In this document: in pieces, positions 36,760 to 47,056 of the stretch
Layout: each line of letters begins with the position of its first letter
How positions within the stretch are numbered: the first letter of the stretch is position 1
Assembly (NCBI GenBank): GCA_965645245.1
Contig: OZ287075.1
Location: 1-64,000, forward strand
Direction: 5' to 3'
Length of the DNA: 64,000 nt
DNA from: Massalongia carnosa
Lineage: Eukaryota
Notes under the pieces: generated by a model
Seen by the model: the letters and a program-made list of their open reading frames with translations, nothing else
What the model was told of the DNA's origin: nothing
Database searches by the model: none
Position numbers and translations under genes: made by a program

Positions 36760-38087
36760 CACGCGGGGGACAAAAAAAAATCTACACCAAAATTTAACCG
36801 GGCTCAACTCCCTACCAAAACACAAGCAATTTACATACGATTTTGATAGGATAATTATCATTATTATGAATTCTAAACATATCGAGACTCCTACCAAAGC
36901 TAAAATTCAGGGAGCCGTTGAATTTTGCGAAAAGCGAGGCATTTCTTATCACAAAGAGGATGTTTTTCGCACATTTGATGTGGAACGTACGAGGGGCTAT
37001 GCATACCTGCGTGAAGGAGCCTCATCACGCCGTCATCATAATAATTCCGATGTTTCTGAAGCTCGTGGGCGTCACAAAATTGTTACGCCTAAATTGATTA
37101 GAGAAATGGAACGGCTATTGGAAGAAGAAGGTATGGAGGCGCGCGCTCTTACATGGGAGCAATTGGGCTTCGAAGTAGGCCTAGACTGCAGTGGCAAAAC
37201 CATTCAACGAATCATGGGCACCATGGATTATCACAAATTCTTTGCGTGCAGAAAGGGATGGGTGAACGAGAAGACAAGAAAGCTTCGTATGAAGTGGTCA
37301 GATGCTATGCTTTCTAGATATCCAAATGCAGAAGACTGGAAACAAGTTCGATTTAGTGACGAAGTGCACTTTGGATGGGGACCTCAGGGCAAATTACGCA
37401 TCATACGAAGATTAGGTGAACGTTATTGTCATGATTGTATGCAAGAAGCAGATGAACCAGACGAGGCCGCCAAGAAGAGACATCACTGTTGGGCTGCTGC
37501 AGGTCATGACTTCAAGTCAGATATCTACTTTTACAGAGTTCCTGGAAACTCCAATGGAAAGATGAGTCAACGAGTCTATATCGACTCTATATTGGAGCCT
37601 ATTGTGAAGCCCTGGATTGAAGCAAAACACGATTTCGTCTTAGAAGAAGACGGTGATTCTGGACATGGACCAGGCAAATCAAACATTGTACGCACTTGGA
37701 AGCAGAACAACGATCTGAAGCACTATTTCAACTGTCCATGTTCACCTGATTTGGCCCCCATAGAAAATTGCTGGCAGGCCCCGAAGCAATATTTAAAAAA
37801 ATATCCTCATTGGGATGATGATACGACCAAGGGGCTAATTTATGAGGGGTGGGCGAACGTTTCCCAGGCATTTATCAATGAACGGGTGTCTACTATGCCA
37901 GATAGATTGAGAGCTGTTTTGGATGGTGAGGGTAAAATGACTGGTTATTGAATAGATTGAATGAATTGGATGACTGGTTGTTGAAATGGTGATTATCCCA
38001 TCAAAATTGTATGGAAATTGCTTGTGTTTTGGTGGGGGGTTGAACCCGGTTAAATTTTGGTGTAGTTTTTTTTTTGTCCCCCGCGTG
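36760..38087 (+). mobile_element. Tc1/mariner-superfamily DNA transposon
   Basis: ~100-bp imperfect TIRs starting CACGCGGGGGAC; flanked by a CCAAC direct repeat. Confidence 0.95.
36866..37951 (+). CDS. DD37E Tc1-like transposase, intact, 361 aa
   Basis: FSDEVHF, EEDGDSGH, SPDLAPIENCW; 37 residues between the second D and the E. Confidence 0.95.
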   Translation: MNSKHIETPTKAKIQGAVEFCEKRGISYHKEDVFRTFDVERTRGYAYLREGASSRRHHNNSDVSEARGRHKIVTPKLIREMERLLEEEGMEARALTWEQLGFEVGLDCSGKTIQRIMGTMDYHKFFACRKGWVNEKTRKLRMKWSDAMLSRYPNAEDWKQVRFSDEVHFGWGPQGKLRIIRRLGERYCHDCMQEADEPDEAAKKRHHCWAAAGHDFKSDIYFYRVPGNSNGKMSQRVYIDSILEPIVKPWIEAKHDFVLEEDGDSGHGPGKSNIVRTWKQNNDLKHYFNCPCSPDLAPIENCWQAPKQYLKKYPHWDDDTTKGLIYEGWANVSQAFINERVSTMPDRLRAVLDGEGKMTGY

Positions 38088-38589
38088 CCAACATAAAAGG
38101 AACAGATCGCTCTGCACTCCGTAGCAACTCTGTATCCTTAACATCATGGTCATACAGGCCCCTATCTTTACATAGTCATATAGCCATAGTCATAGACATA
38201 TTCAACAGGTTATGAGCCCGGAAGGGCGCTATCGATCATACAGGAATCGAAGCAATTCTTATCCGCAGCATCACGATGCAAAATCATTAGCTGAGCATCA
38301 TTATCCTTTCTCGAAAAGAACTAGACGGACAATGCAAAGACTAAATCTCTACTTGCTTACAGACCTGAATCAGGCGGGATTCGCACCCGCAAATCTAGCT
38401 AGTTGAACAGCTTCGTGAAAGCACATCATGACAACCCCTCAATCAGATAGAGACGTTTAACAACAACGCCACCTGATCCAGCGTTCCCTACCTACAAAGG
38501 GTTATCAGAAAGAGCATGGAACATTCTCTTTATATCAGACCATCAGAATGCTCTCATGCCCGAATATCTGAGAGGCACTCCGGAGGATG

Positions 38590-39230
38590 ACGTTGACCCA
38601 GAGGCAGACTCCAGTGTACCAATTCCATTGTTTGACCTCTGCTACATCACCATCCATTTGACTTTTGACCCAGAGGCAGACTCCAGTGGACTAGCTTCAA
38701 GGTTTGACCTCTGCTGCATCATCACTCATTTGACATTGACCCAGAGACAGACTCCAGTGGACCAGTTCCAATGAGTGACCTCTGCTGCATCATCATTCAT
38801 TTGACTTTGACCCAGAGAAAGAACTCCAGTGGACCAGTTCCAACGATTGACCTCTGCTGCATCATCAGTCATTTGATTTTGACCCAGGGACAGACCTTTT
38901 CACTGAGTTTTGTTCAAAAACCGCGCAGCGCGGCCTTGACCACTCATGAAACTCTGATTTCTGCTGAATCATTAATTGACTGACGTTGACCCAAGGGCAG
39001 ACTTCATTCTGACTTTTGCTGCATCACCACTCAACTTACTTTGACCCAGAGACCGACCATCTAAACTATCTTTCAGGGTCCGATTTCTGCTGAATCATCA
39101 AATGACTGACGTTGACCCAAGGGCAGACTTCATTCTGACTTTTGCTTCATCACCACTCAACATACTTTGATCCAGAGACAGACTTCGGAAATTCAGTTCC
39201 AAGGTTTGATCCTTGCTGCATCATTCATTA
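38590..39230. repeat. ~71-72-bp minisatellite in the copia E leader
   Basis: GACCCAG units at 38595, 38667, 38738, 38809 and 38881, then degenerate copies. Confidence 0.85.
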
Positions 39231-39632
39231 ACAGACTTTCTGACTAGTCTACGCGTATACAGATGGAGTAATCAGACTTCAATTATGCAGAACGCCTCAA
39301 TCGGGAAATTCGGAATCCGGAAAAAACCTTATTCCATTTAACAGGCCCGGGCTATTTAATGGAACGGTCAGACCGTGGTTCCGACAGCCCCCTATCTTCA
39401 CACCACCAAGTGAAAGTTCCACCATCTGAAGAGAGTTCTTTCATGAGGGTACAAGCGTTGTGGCAAAGAAAGGAACATCACAGTTTGATGACAAAGGAAG
39501 GGAAATGTTTTGTCTATAACTAGATCACATATTCCCATCTCCATTCTTTCCAGTGCACATCCTACTCCTACACCAATCTCAGAAACTTAGATACCTTTCA
39601 ATCTACAGAAGTTTACTAGAGACCTCTTCTTC

Positions 39633-39870
39633 ATCTTCATCTGACTCTCTTCATCTGACTCTCTTCATCTGACTCTCTTCATCTGACTCTCTTCATCTGA
39701 CTCTCTTCATCTGACTCTCTTCATCTGACTCTCTTCATCTGACTCTCTTCATCTGACTCTCTTCATCTGACTCTCTTCATCTGACTCTCTTCATCTGACT
39801 CTCTTCATCTGACTCTCTTCATCTGACTCTCTTCATCTGACTCTCTTCATCTGACTCTCTTCATCTGACT
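39633..39870. repeat. 14-bp tandem repeat (CTCTTCATCTGACT) x ~17
   Basis: Perfect array ending 5 bp before the gag ATG. Confidence 0.97.
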
Positions 39871-39875
39871 TCATC

Positions 39876-40811
39876 ATGTCTCTTCCTGACATCAACAGTT
39901 CCACAGAGAAGCCTCACCTTCTAGAGAACTCGGAACACTACTCAGCATGGGCTAGTTACACCAGAGGTATTCTGCTGAAGAATAACTGTGACACAGCCAT
40001 TCTGGAAACCCAACTAGAGATCTCATTGGACTCCATCAGAGAGAGCCTCATCGTATCAGGGTTTACTCTGGCCAGTCTTACTACAAGCATCCTCGTCAAA
40101 GAACTTCGGGATGATAAGAACAGACAGAAAACCGAGATGACCAAGGCTATTGGAATCATCCATGGACTGGTTGCACCATGTCACTACAACCTCATCAATA
40201 ACAAGACCGCTGCCGAGATGTGGGCCATTCTGAAGAATAGATTCCAGGACGTGGCACCAATGAGCATCACGGATGTCATCTTGAGGGTTAGTACGAAAAA
40301 GATGAGAGACTTCGACACAGTCAGTCAATACTGTTCAGAGTATGACGGTGCCTTCATTCAGATCAAGGGCATGTTGATCGAAGAGGTCAAGGTGAACGTC
40401 GACTCCATAGAGTTTGTACTGCAGGGAATGCTGCTTGGTAACTGCACAGACAAGTATGACCCGCTCACTGCACAACTCCGCAGGGACTGGACGCACGACA
40501 CCACAAACCTTTCGGAAACAACAAAAATCCTCATAGTCTATGCACGAAACCTAACTGTCAAGGCTTTTCACACTGGCGCTTCCAACAGAGGTAGAGCACC
40601 TATCGGAAGTTGCACCGTTCCAGAGTGTGTAAATAGGAACAGAACACGACATTGGCCAGATGAGTGTTTCCAGAAATTCCCCCATCTAAAACGGGCGAGA
40701 GGAGACACGGCTGAATCAGGGAGGGTCAAGAGACAAAAGAACTCCAAGCCAGAAGTCACCACGTCAACTCCAGACACCACAGTCACTACAATTCCCACAG
40801 TGAGCAGTTGA
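39876..40811 (+). CDS. gag: Copia E Gag
   Basis: 311-aa ORF with TAAEMWAILK and C-x4-C-x7-H-x4-C; pol follows in frame after TGA. Confidence 0.88.
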   Translation: MSLPDINSSTEKPHLLENSEHYSAWASYTRGILLKNNCDTAILETQLEISLDSIRESLIVSGFTLASLTTSILVKELRDDKNRQKTEMTKAIGIIHGLVAPCHYNLINNKTAAEMWAILKNRFQDVAPMSITDVILRVSTKKMRDFDTVSQYCSEYDGAFIQIKGMLIEEVKVNVDSIEFVLQGMLLGNCTDKYDPLTAQLRRDWTHDTTNLSETTKILIVYARNLTVKAFHTGASNRGRAPIGSCTVPECVNRNRTRHWPDECFQKFPHLKRARGDTAESGRVKRQKNSKPEVTTSTPDTTVTTIPTVSS

Positions 40812-42699
40812 CTCACAGTGGTCATGACTACCACTCTACAGAAGGTCATGACCATTAACCATCTCAACAGAGACACCTGGCTACTAGACAGCGCAGCGGA
40901 CATGCACGTATGCAACCACAGGCCGTCGTTCATCAATTACATAACACGCTCCACAGGTCTGGCAGGATCAACATCAGATGGCACGTCTCCAGGGAGGGGA
41001 ATGATCCGGAAAACGTTGGCACTACAGGACGACTCACCCTCGTCAGTGTTAATACTGAACAACGCTCTTTTCATTCCAAAGTCTCCAGTGAACCTCGTCA
41101 GTCTGGCACTACTCAACCAAAACAACATCTACTATGACAATTTTAACTGGACCCTATTCAACGGGATCAGTCAGAACATCATAGGCTATGTGCCAAGAGT
41201 CAATACAAACTATGTACTAAAGACCTTGGACGCCCCAGCGTGGCTACACATCTTATGCAGACAGATGAGAGCACCTTTCAGTGGCCGAACACATCAGTCT
41301 ACCACACGTCAGCCATAACAGACCTGTCAACATGGCATGCGCGCCTTGGTCATTTGAACCTGATCATCTGCCGAGCTTTTCTGAAAAGACTCGATGTGTC
41401 GTACTCAGACAACGTGAACAAAGATTGGTACTGTTCATCCTGTGAACTCGGAAAGGCCACTAAGATATATAACCGGACACCTCAGGAGAGAGCAATAGGC
41501 ATCTTTCAAAAGGTTCATTCCGATCTAGTAGGACCCATCAAACCAGCAGGACTTCTTGAAGAACAGTACTTCTTTACCTTCACCTGCGATGCCAGCAGAT
41601 ACACTCATGAGTATACAGGCATCAAGAAGAGCGAATGGTTTGATCATCTGTTGACATACTACAGTCTAGCTCAGAACAAGACAGGAAAGAGCAAAGCCAA
41701 TAAACATCTTCGAACTGATTTCGGCACAGAACTTCGAAGTCTGAAATCGGATGATTGGTTCCTGAAAGAAGGGATAACGTTTGAACCCTCCACACCGTAT
41801 TCACAGGAACAAAACGGTGTGTCTGAACGAACAGGCAGAACTATCATGGACATGACTAGATGTACCATCATTGCAGGAGGCATTCCGGACTACCTATGGA
41901 CAGAGGTGGTTTTAGCTATGGTTCACACAAAAAACGTCAGACCTACAAATGCTGTTAACCGATTAGACCACACTAGTTCGTGTCAATCTCGTTATATTGC
42001 TACTAAGTATGTTTGGGCTATTGCTCACAGCCCCCGGCCTCGAGAGGGGGACTCGATAAGGGCCTTGCTGTCTACTAATGTAAGACCCTCTCGCAGGCCT
42101 TGGGCTGTGAACAGACTCCCTCTATCTAAGCGACAGAAGAACTGGAGTGGGTGGGTGGGAAAGAAAACGTTGCAAACAGTGCTATCAAAATGCTATGCTT
42201 TTTGATTGTCTTGAGATGTGAGATGATGAGGGATACCGTCTGGGACCTCCTCTTTATATATCTTCTTCCTATTCTCCTTGTCCTACTCTACCATCCCAGT
42301 ATGCCCCATCAACGCGGCCCATAGCAAGGCATACACAAATCCGAAACCTAACTGTCGTCCGAAGGATCGATGCGGTGCTAAGATCTCTATGCCGTGCTGA
42401 GACATCCTTATGGTGCTGAGACATCTATGCCGTCCGAGAGATCCATGCGGTGCCGAAATCAAAGCGGGAGCTGTCTCGATTAACGACGCACTAGCTCTCA
42501 GCATAGCCGAACTAGCTAGTTCGTGTCAATCTCGTTATATTGCTACTAAGTATGTTTGGGCTATTGCTCACAGCCCCCGGCCTCGAGAGGGGGACTCGAT
42601 AAGGGCCTTGCTGTCTACTAATGTAAGACCCTCTCGCAGGCCTTGGGCTGTGAACAGACTCCCAATCCCCAACATGGAACGACCCGCTTGCGGTGTTGT

Positions 42700-43755
42700 T
42701 CAGGACCTAGTGACTGGATTGTGAGGTTCCGTGGGTAATGTTTGAAGGCGTTTTGAGGCGTTAAGAAGGTAAGTGGGGTGGGTTTGTATGTAAAGCTTGT
42801 ATGCGTCTGACTTCCATCTTCCTAGCATCTGAATCTCGTCTTCGGTGAGTCCTGCCCGTCGCGCTGTTGTTGCCGCACCTCTTCTGAACGAGTGGCCAGA
42901 GAAATTTCCTATATAGCCCAAGTTCCTTAAGGTGGATTTCATCGCTGTTGTAATGTAGTCTCGAGTGAAGGACTGACCGTTTTTAAAGAGTGGTGCGGCC
43001 GGAGAACTTGGGAATCGCCTATATAAATTTGTAAGAGAAGCTAGTGCACAAGCAACATCGTTGGTAGCCGCAATTGTCAGTGTTATGCCTCGGCGAAAGG
43101 GATCGGTTTTGGAGACTGGTAGAGAGAGCTGTAGGTGATCTGCTTCGAACCTAATAGATTTTCTGGTGAGGTGCCATTGATCAAAGCTTGGGTCTAGTAC
43201 ATCTTGCGTTGTGTAAGTAAATTCTCCGGCTCGTAAGAAGCCTGCAAACGCTAAGCAGTACGCCGCATGTAAATTTGCGCCTTTCTCTTTCGTTTGATCA
43301 AGACGACTTAGCAATTTGATTAAGATCTCTCTAGTAATTGGTAACCTTTCACGTTTCTCGGCTTCACCGTTCTTTCGCTTTATGCCAGTAAGGATGCGAT
43401 CTAACACCGGGTGATGAAATACGTCGAGATTACCGAGGCCCTTATCTATCTGGCATGATCTTATGCCCGTCAAGTAGCTCTTAATAGTTTTTGGTTGCAG
43501 GCGTCGTTCACCCAACGCTGCGATCCACGAAGACAGCGTCCGGATGTTGGCTGGAAATGGTGGCGCGTTGAGGTTTACCCTACAGTAAAGAACGTATCCC
43601 TTTCTTGCCGTTGTGTATAAAGATCTTGTCTTAGTGGCCAGGCCCCACCAGAGGTATCGTGCTGCGATTTCGTCTAGAGGTACCTCACTGTACCAAGATG
43701 GGGGTGGATCGCGTCCTATATTGCTGAGGGTAGAGCCTGAAACTGAGGGATTTTG
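42700..43755 (-). CDS. Tyrosine recombinase; open frame with no upstream ATG
   Basis: FLRAGE, SKTD, GHSFRRGAA, GRWKSDAYKLY; frame open up to the TGA at 43756-43758. Confidence 0.95.
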   Translation of the reverse strand, partial: QNPSVSGSTLSNIGRDPPPSWYSEVPLDEIAARYLWWGLATKTRSLYTTARKGYVLYCRVNLNAPPFPANIRTLSSWIAALGERRLQPKTIKSYLTGIRSCQIDKGLGNLDVFHHPVLDRILTGIKRKNGEAEKRERLPITREILIKLLSRLDQTKEKGANLHAAYCLAFAGFLRAGEFTYTTQDVLDPSFDQWHLTRKSIRFEADHLQLSLPVSKTDPFRRGITLTIAATNDVACALASLTNLYRRFPSSPAAPLFKNGQSFTRDYITTAMKSTLRNLGYIGNFSGHSFRRGAATTARRAGLTEDEIQMLGRWKSDAYKLYIQTHPTYLLNASKRLQTLPTEPHNPVTRS

Positions 43756-45332
43756 TCAGCCAGTTTCTTCAAAAGTCCTCTAGACAAGAGATCAGCAATA
43801 TAATTTTCTTTGGATGATATCCATCGCGCTTCTATCTGGATATCATGTAATGCAGCTAGCATTGTAATTGCCCGCAGGGCATGCATTGCTTGGCCTCGTA
43901 TAGAGGTTTTATTCACTCCTTTCGTGACAGCGTAGCTATCACAATAGAGGATTAAATGACTACCCTTGCATATAGGTAGCCACTTTTTCATAGCTTGAAG
44001 AATTGCTGTCATTTCTTTGACGTTGATATGCTTTGCCCTAAGGCGCGTAGTAAAGCGTGTGCTAAAAGCCTGCCGGGCTGCTTGTATATTATGCAAATTT
44101 TGATCCTCGCTGAGGATAAAGCCGCCCATACCATATGAGCCGGACGCATCTGTCCATATTCTCATAGTATGTCTAGTACGGTTGAGCAGATGTATGCCAT
44201 TCCATTTAGGTAGGAAATGATGCCACCATAGAAGATCAGCCCTCATGTCCTTGTTAAGATGGATTAGTTTAGAGGTTACGCTTGCCGTAGCATTGAAAAG
44301 ACGGCGTAGAAAGGCTCTTCCTGGTTTTACCACTCTGGCTGCAAAGCATAAGAATCCTAGAAGAGAGTCGAGTTCCTTCCTGGGTATGGCTTTTTTATTC
44401 AAAGCTGCCGATACTAGGGTCTTTGCTTTTAGTAACTTTTCGGAAGGCAAGCGTGCTTCCATGAGCGCGGTATCGATTTCAATGCCGAGGAAATCGCAAG
44501 TCGTTCCAGTTCTGTTCTTTTCGAGCTTGATTTTCATGCCAAGATCTTTACAAATGTTGTGGAAAACTTGATCAAACTTTTCAGCATCTGGTCCGGTGCT
44601 GACTATTATTAAAAAATCATCCAAGTAATGAATAGCGTCTTTCCAACCACAGTTGTACAATATCCAGTTGATACCCTTCGCGAACAGATCAAAAAGGAAC
44701 GGCGACGTTCTCAGCCCAAAGGGTAAGTATTTATCCATCCAAAAGGAATCCTGCCACTTGAAACCTAGTAACCACCAATCGCTTTTTGCTACTGGTATGT
44801 GGCGAAAAGCGTCCGCAAAGTCTCTTTTAATAAGAATACACCCTGGCCCGCGTTGCTCAATCAACCTAATGGCTTCGTCGAAGCTGGTATATTCCAGGGA
44901 GCCCCAGTCTTCCGGTATGTGGTCGTTGACTGAGCTACTCTCCGGATACGATAGATGATGGATTCGCCGCCAACCACCGTTAGCCTTTGGTACAAGGCCT
45001 AATGGGGAACATATAAAGCAAGAAGGAATGTTGTTGACTTTCTCCAACCGATTACTAGCTATTTGTTCTTCGAGGTCATTGGTAAGAACTTCCGGTGCCT
45101 CATTTGCAGAGGCAAGATTATCGCTAATAATGAGTTGATGTGGTCCTGTATAACCAACTTTGGCACCGTAGGTGATGATATCGATAATTGTTTGTGTGTA
45201 AGTGCGATCCGGGTGATTGGCCAAATGTTTCTCCCAGCCTTCTTTCTTCAATGGGCCCGGTGGGATCTTTGTTAGATTGTCCGTCAAGGTGTATGGAAAG
45301 GACTCCGCGATGGATAAGAATGGGGCGGTTAG
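43716..45332 (-). CDS. pol: RT/RNase H of Ngaro #2
   Basis: SPLGLVPK, PFGLRTSP, HYLDDF, WTDAS, NYIADLLSR; in frame with gag after TGA. Confidence 0.95.
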   Translation of the reverse strand, partial: LTAPFLSIAESFPYTLTDNLTKIPPGPLKKEGWEKHLANHPDRTYTQTIIDIITYGAKVGYTGPHQLIISDNLASANEAPEVLTNDLEEQIASNRLEKVNNIPSCFICSPLGLVPKANGGWRRIHHLSYPESSSVNDHIPEDWGSLEYTSFDEAIRLIEQRGPGCILIKRDFADAFRHIPVAKSDWWLLGFKWQDSFWMDKYLPFGLRTSPFLFDLFAKGINWILYNCGWKDAIHYLDDFLIIVSTGPDAEKFDQVFHNICKDLGMKIKLEKNRTGTTCDFLGIEIDTALMEARLPSEKLLKAKTLVSAALNKKAIPRKELDSLLGFLCFAARVVKPGRAFLRRLFNATASVTSKLIHLNKDMRADLLWWHHFLPKWNGIHLLNRTRHTMRIWTDASGSYGMGGFILSEDQNLHNIQAARQAFSTRFTTRLRAKHINVKEMTAILQAMKKWLPICKGSHLILYCDSYAVTKGVNKTSIRGQAMHALRAITMLAALHDIQIEARWISSKENYIADLLSRGLLKKLADKIPQFQALPSAI

Positions 45333-46487
45333 TCATTGCCTTGATGGGAGAGGCATCGAATTTGGGTTAGAGGGTTGATTTTTTCCATTTGTACAGTCCA
45401 TCGCCCGATGTTGCTTTCCACATTTCTCACACACATGTTGGAATCTACAATATACGGGACAGTCTTTGCCATAGTTGTATTTCTTACAGATAATCTTTTC
45501 GCCTGAGGTTTTGAAAGCCGTAGAATTATCGTCCGGTTTTGCAAAGTAAGCGGACGGTTTCCGCACAAGATGCCTTTCCAAGGAATGGTCCATTTCTTTC
45601 CATCCATCCGGGTTGTCAATCCCGCGAAAGGCTCGAGATTTGTGGAAATTCAAATGAAAGATGCGAACCGAGTCCCAGGTGTAGAAGGCGTATAATGATA
45701 GAAGATGGTCCTGATAAGCCATGAAGGCTCTCATCAGGTTTATCTGGAGACCGGGGTGTGCAAAGTGTAGTAGTATCATCCAATATACCCCGAGACATCG
45801 TATCAAATGAACTATCCCTTTGATATCTTTTAAGGAGCCATCTTCTTCTCTCGTGGCGATTTCCAGACCTTCTCCGAGTTTGACGTATCTAGAGTTGGTT
45901 TGAACTCCGTCGATGTCGGTACATAGCTTGGTAATGTTGATTGGGTCAAACGTATTCTCGGAGATTTGCTTTATCCATATGGGCTTGATAGTGGGATATT
46001 CGTTCATAAGAGAAACAAAACGAGGATCCATACCTTCTGTATACAATGAGTTTGGTCGATGCGGTGGAAATGATGTCGGAAATAATAGGGAAGGCTGTTG
46101 AGCTGAGGCTACTGGCCCAGGGACCACGTCTCGGGCACGTGCTTGTTGGGTTTCGATATCCCGCCTAAGACTTACTCTTTCTCTTTCCTCGGCTTCCCTG
46201 CGGGACATTTCGCGTTGTGCTCTAAGTTCAATAATGTCATCAGGGGTGCGAGAACGGGTTTCCGGTATAACAGGCCCTTGTGAGGAGGAATTAAACGCTG
46301 AAGATGGAAGAGGAGAAGGTTGAGGATGGCTTTGAAGGGTTGCCGTGCTGTCTTGTGAGTCGGGTACTTCGACGTCTGGGTTGGAGTTGGCTAGATTTGC
46401 CCTAGCTCTAGTTCTAGTACGGGCTAGAGTGCTGCCTTGTGTGCGGGAGGTAGGCTTGGTGATTCTGTTGGAGATGCGGGTGGCCAT
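45333..46487 (-). CDS. gag: Gag-like ORF1 of Ngaro #2
   Basis: Likely start MATRISN; C-terminal CKKYNYGKDC..C..H and CEKC..H...C fingers. Confidence 0.88.
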   Translation of the reverse strand: MATRISNRITKPTSRTQGSTLARTRTRARANLANSNPDVEVPDSQDSTATLQSHPQPSPLPSSAFNSSSQGPVIPETRSRTPDDIIELRAQREMSRREAEERERVSLRRDIETQQARARDVVPGPVASAQQPSLLFPTSFPPHRPNSLYTEGMDPRFVSLMNEYPTIKPIWIKQISENTFDPINITKLCTDIDGVQTNSRYVKLGEGLEIATREEDGSLKDIKGIVHLIRCLGVYWMILLHFAHPGLQINLMRAFMAYQDHLLSLYAFYTWDSVRIFHLNFHKSRAFRGIDNPDGWKEMDHSLERHLVRKPSAYFAKPDDNSTAFKTSGEKIICKKYNYGKDCPVYCRFQHVCEKCGKQHRAMDCTNGKNQPSNPNSMPLPSRQ

Positions 46488-47056
46488 TTTTGGAGGAGAG
46501 GGATTTGAATAGAGTAAATTTAAGTGTAGTGGTTGTATAAATTTGAATTGGGTGAAAAGAAAACGTTGCAAACAGTGCTATCAAAATGCTATGCTTTTTG
46601 ATTGTCTTGAGATGTGAGATGATGAGGGATACCGTCTGGGACCTCCTCTTTATATATCTTCTTCCTATTCTCCTTGTCCTACTCTACCATCCCAGTATGC
46701 CCCATCAACGCGGCCCATAGCAAGGCATACACAAATCCGAAACCTAACTGTCGTCCGAAGGATCGATGCGGTGCTAAGATCTCTATGCCGTGCTGAGACA
46801 TCCTTATGGTGCTGAGACATCTATGCCGTCCGAGAGATCCATGCGGTGCCGAAATCAAAGCGGGAGCTGTCTCGATTAACGACGCACTAGCTCTCAGCAT
46901 AGCCGAACTAGTTAAAAACTAAATGCTTGCCCTCGATTTTCTTTTCAGTATCGCGGACAGCACAAGTAGAGACCCTAATCATTTTCGTTTCAGTGTCACC
47001 GTTCCCATTAACAACCTCCTTGTTTGTAAGCCCTTGATCGCGATTTCGATCAAGGA

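Larger units (their letters stand above)
36639..41952 (+). mobile_element. Ty1/copia element E copy 1: 5' LTR 36639-38207 (interrupted), PBS, long leader, gag, PR and IN; truncated
   Basis: LTR matches 60246-60483 (reverse); PBS 38208-38220; coding region matches 62700-64000. Confidence 0.92.
41973..46911 (-). mobile_element. Ngaro YR retrotransposon #2, apparently intact
   Basis: Split direct repeats A1 46556-46911, B1 42516-42663, A2 42160-42515, B2 41973-42120; three uninterrupted ORFs. Confidence 0.97.
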
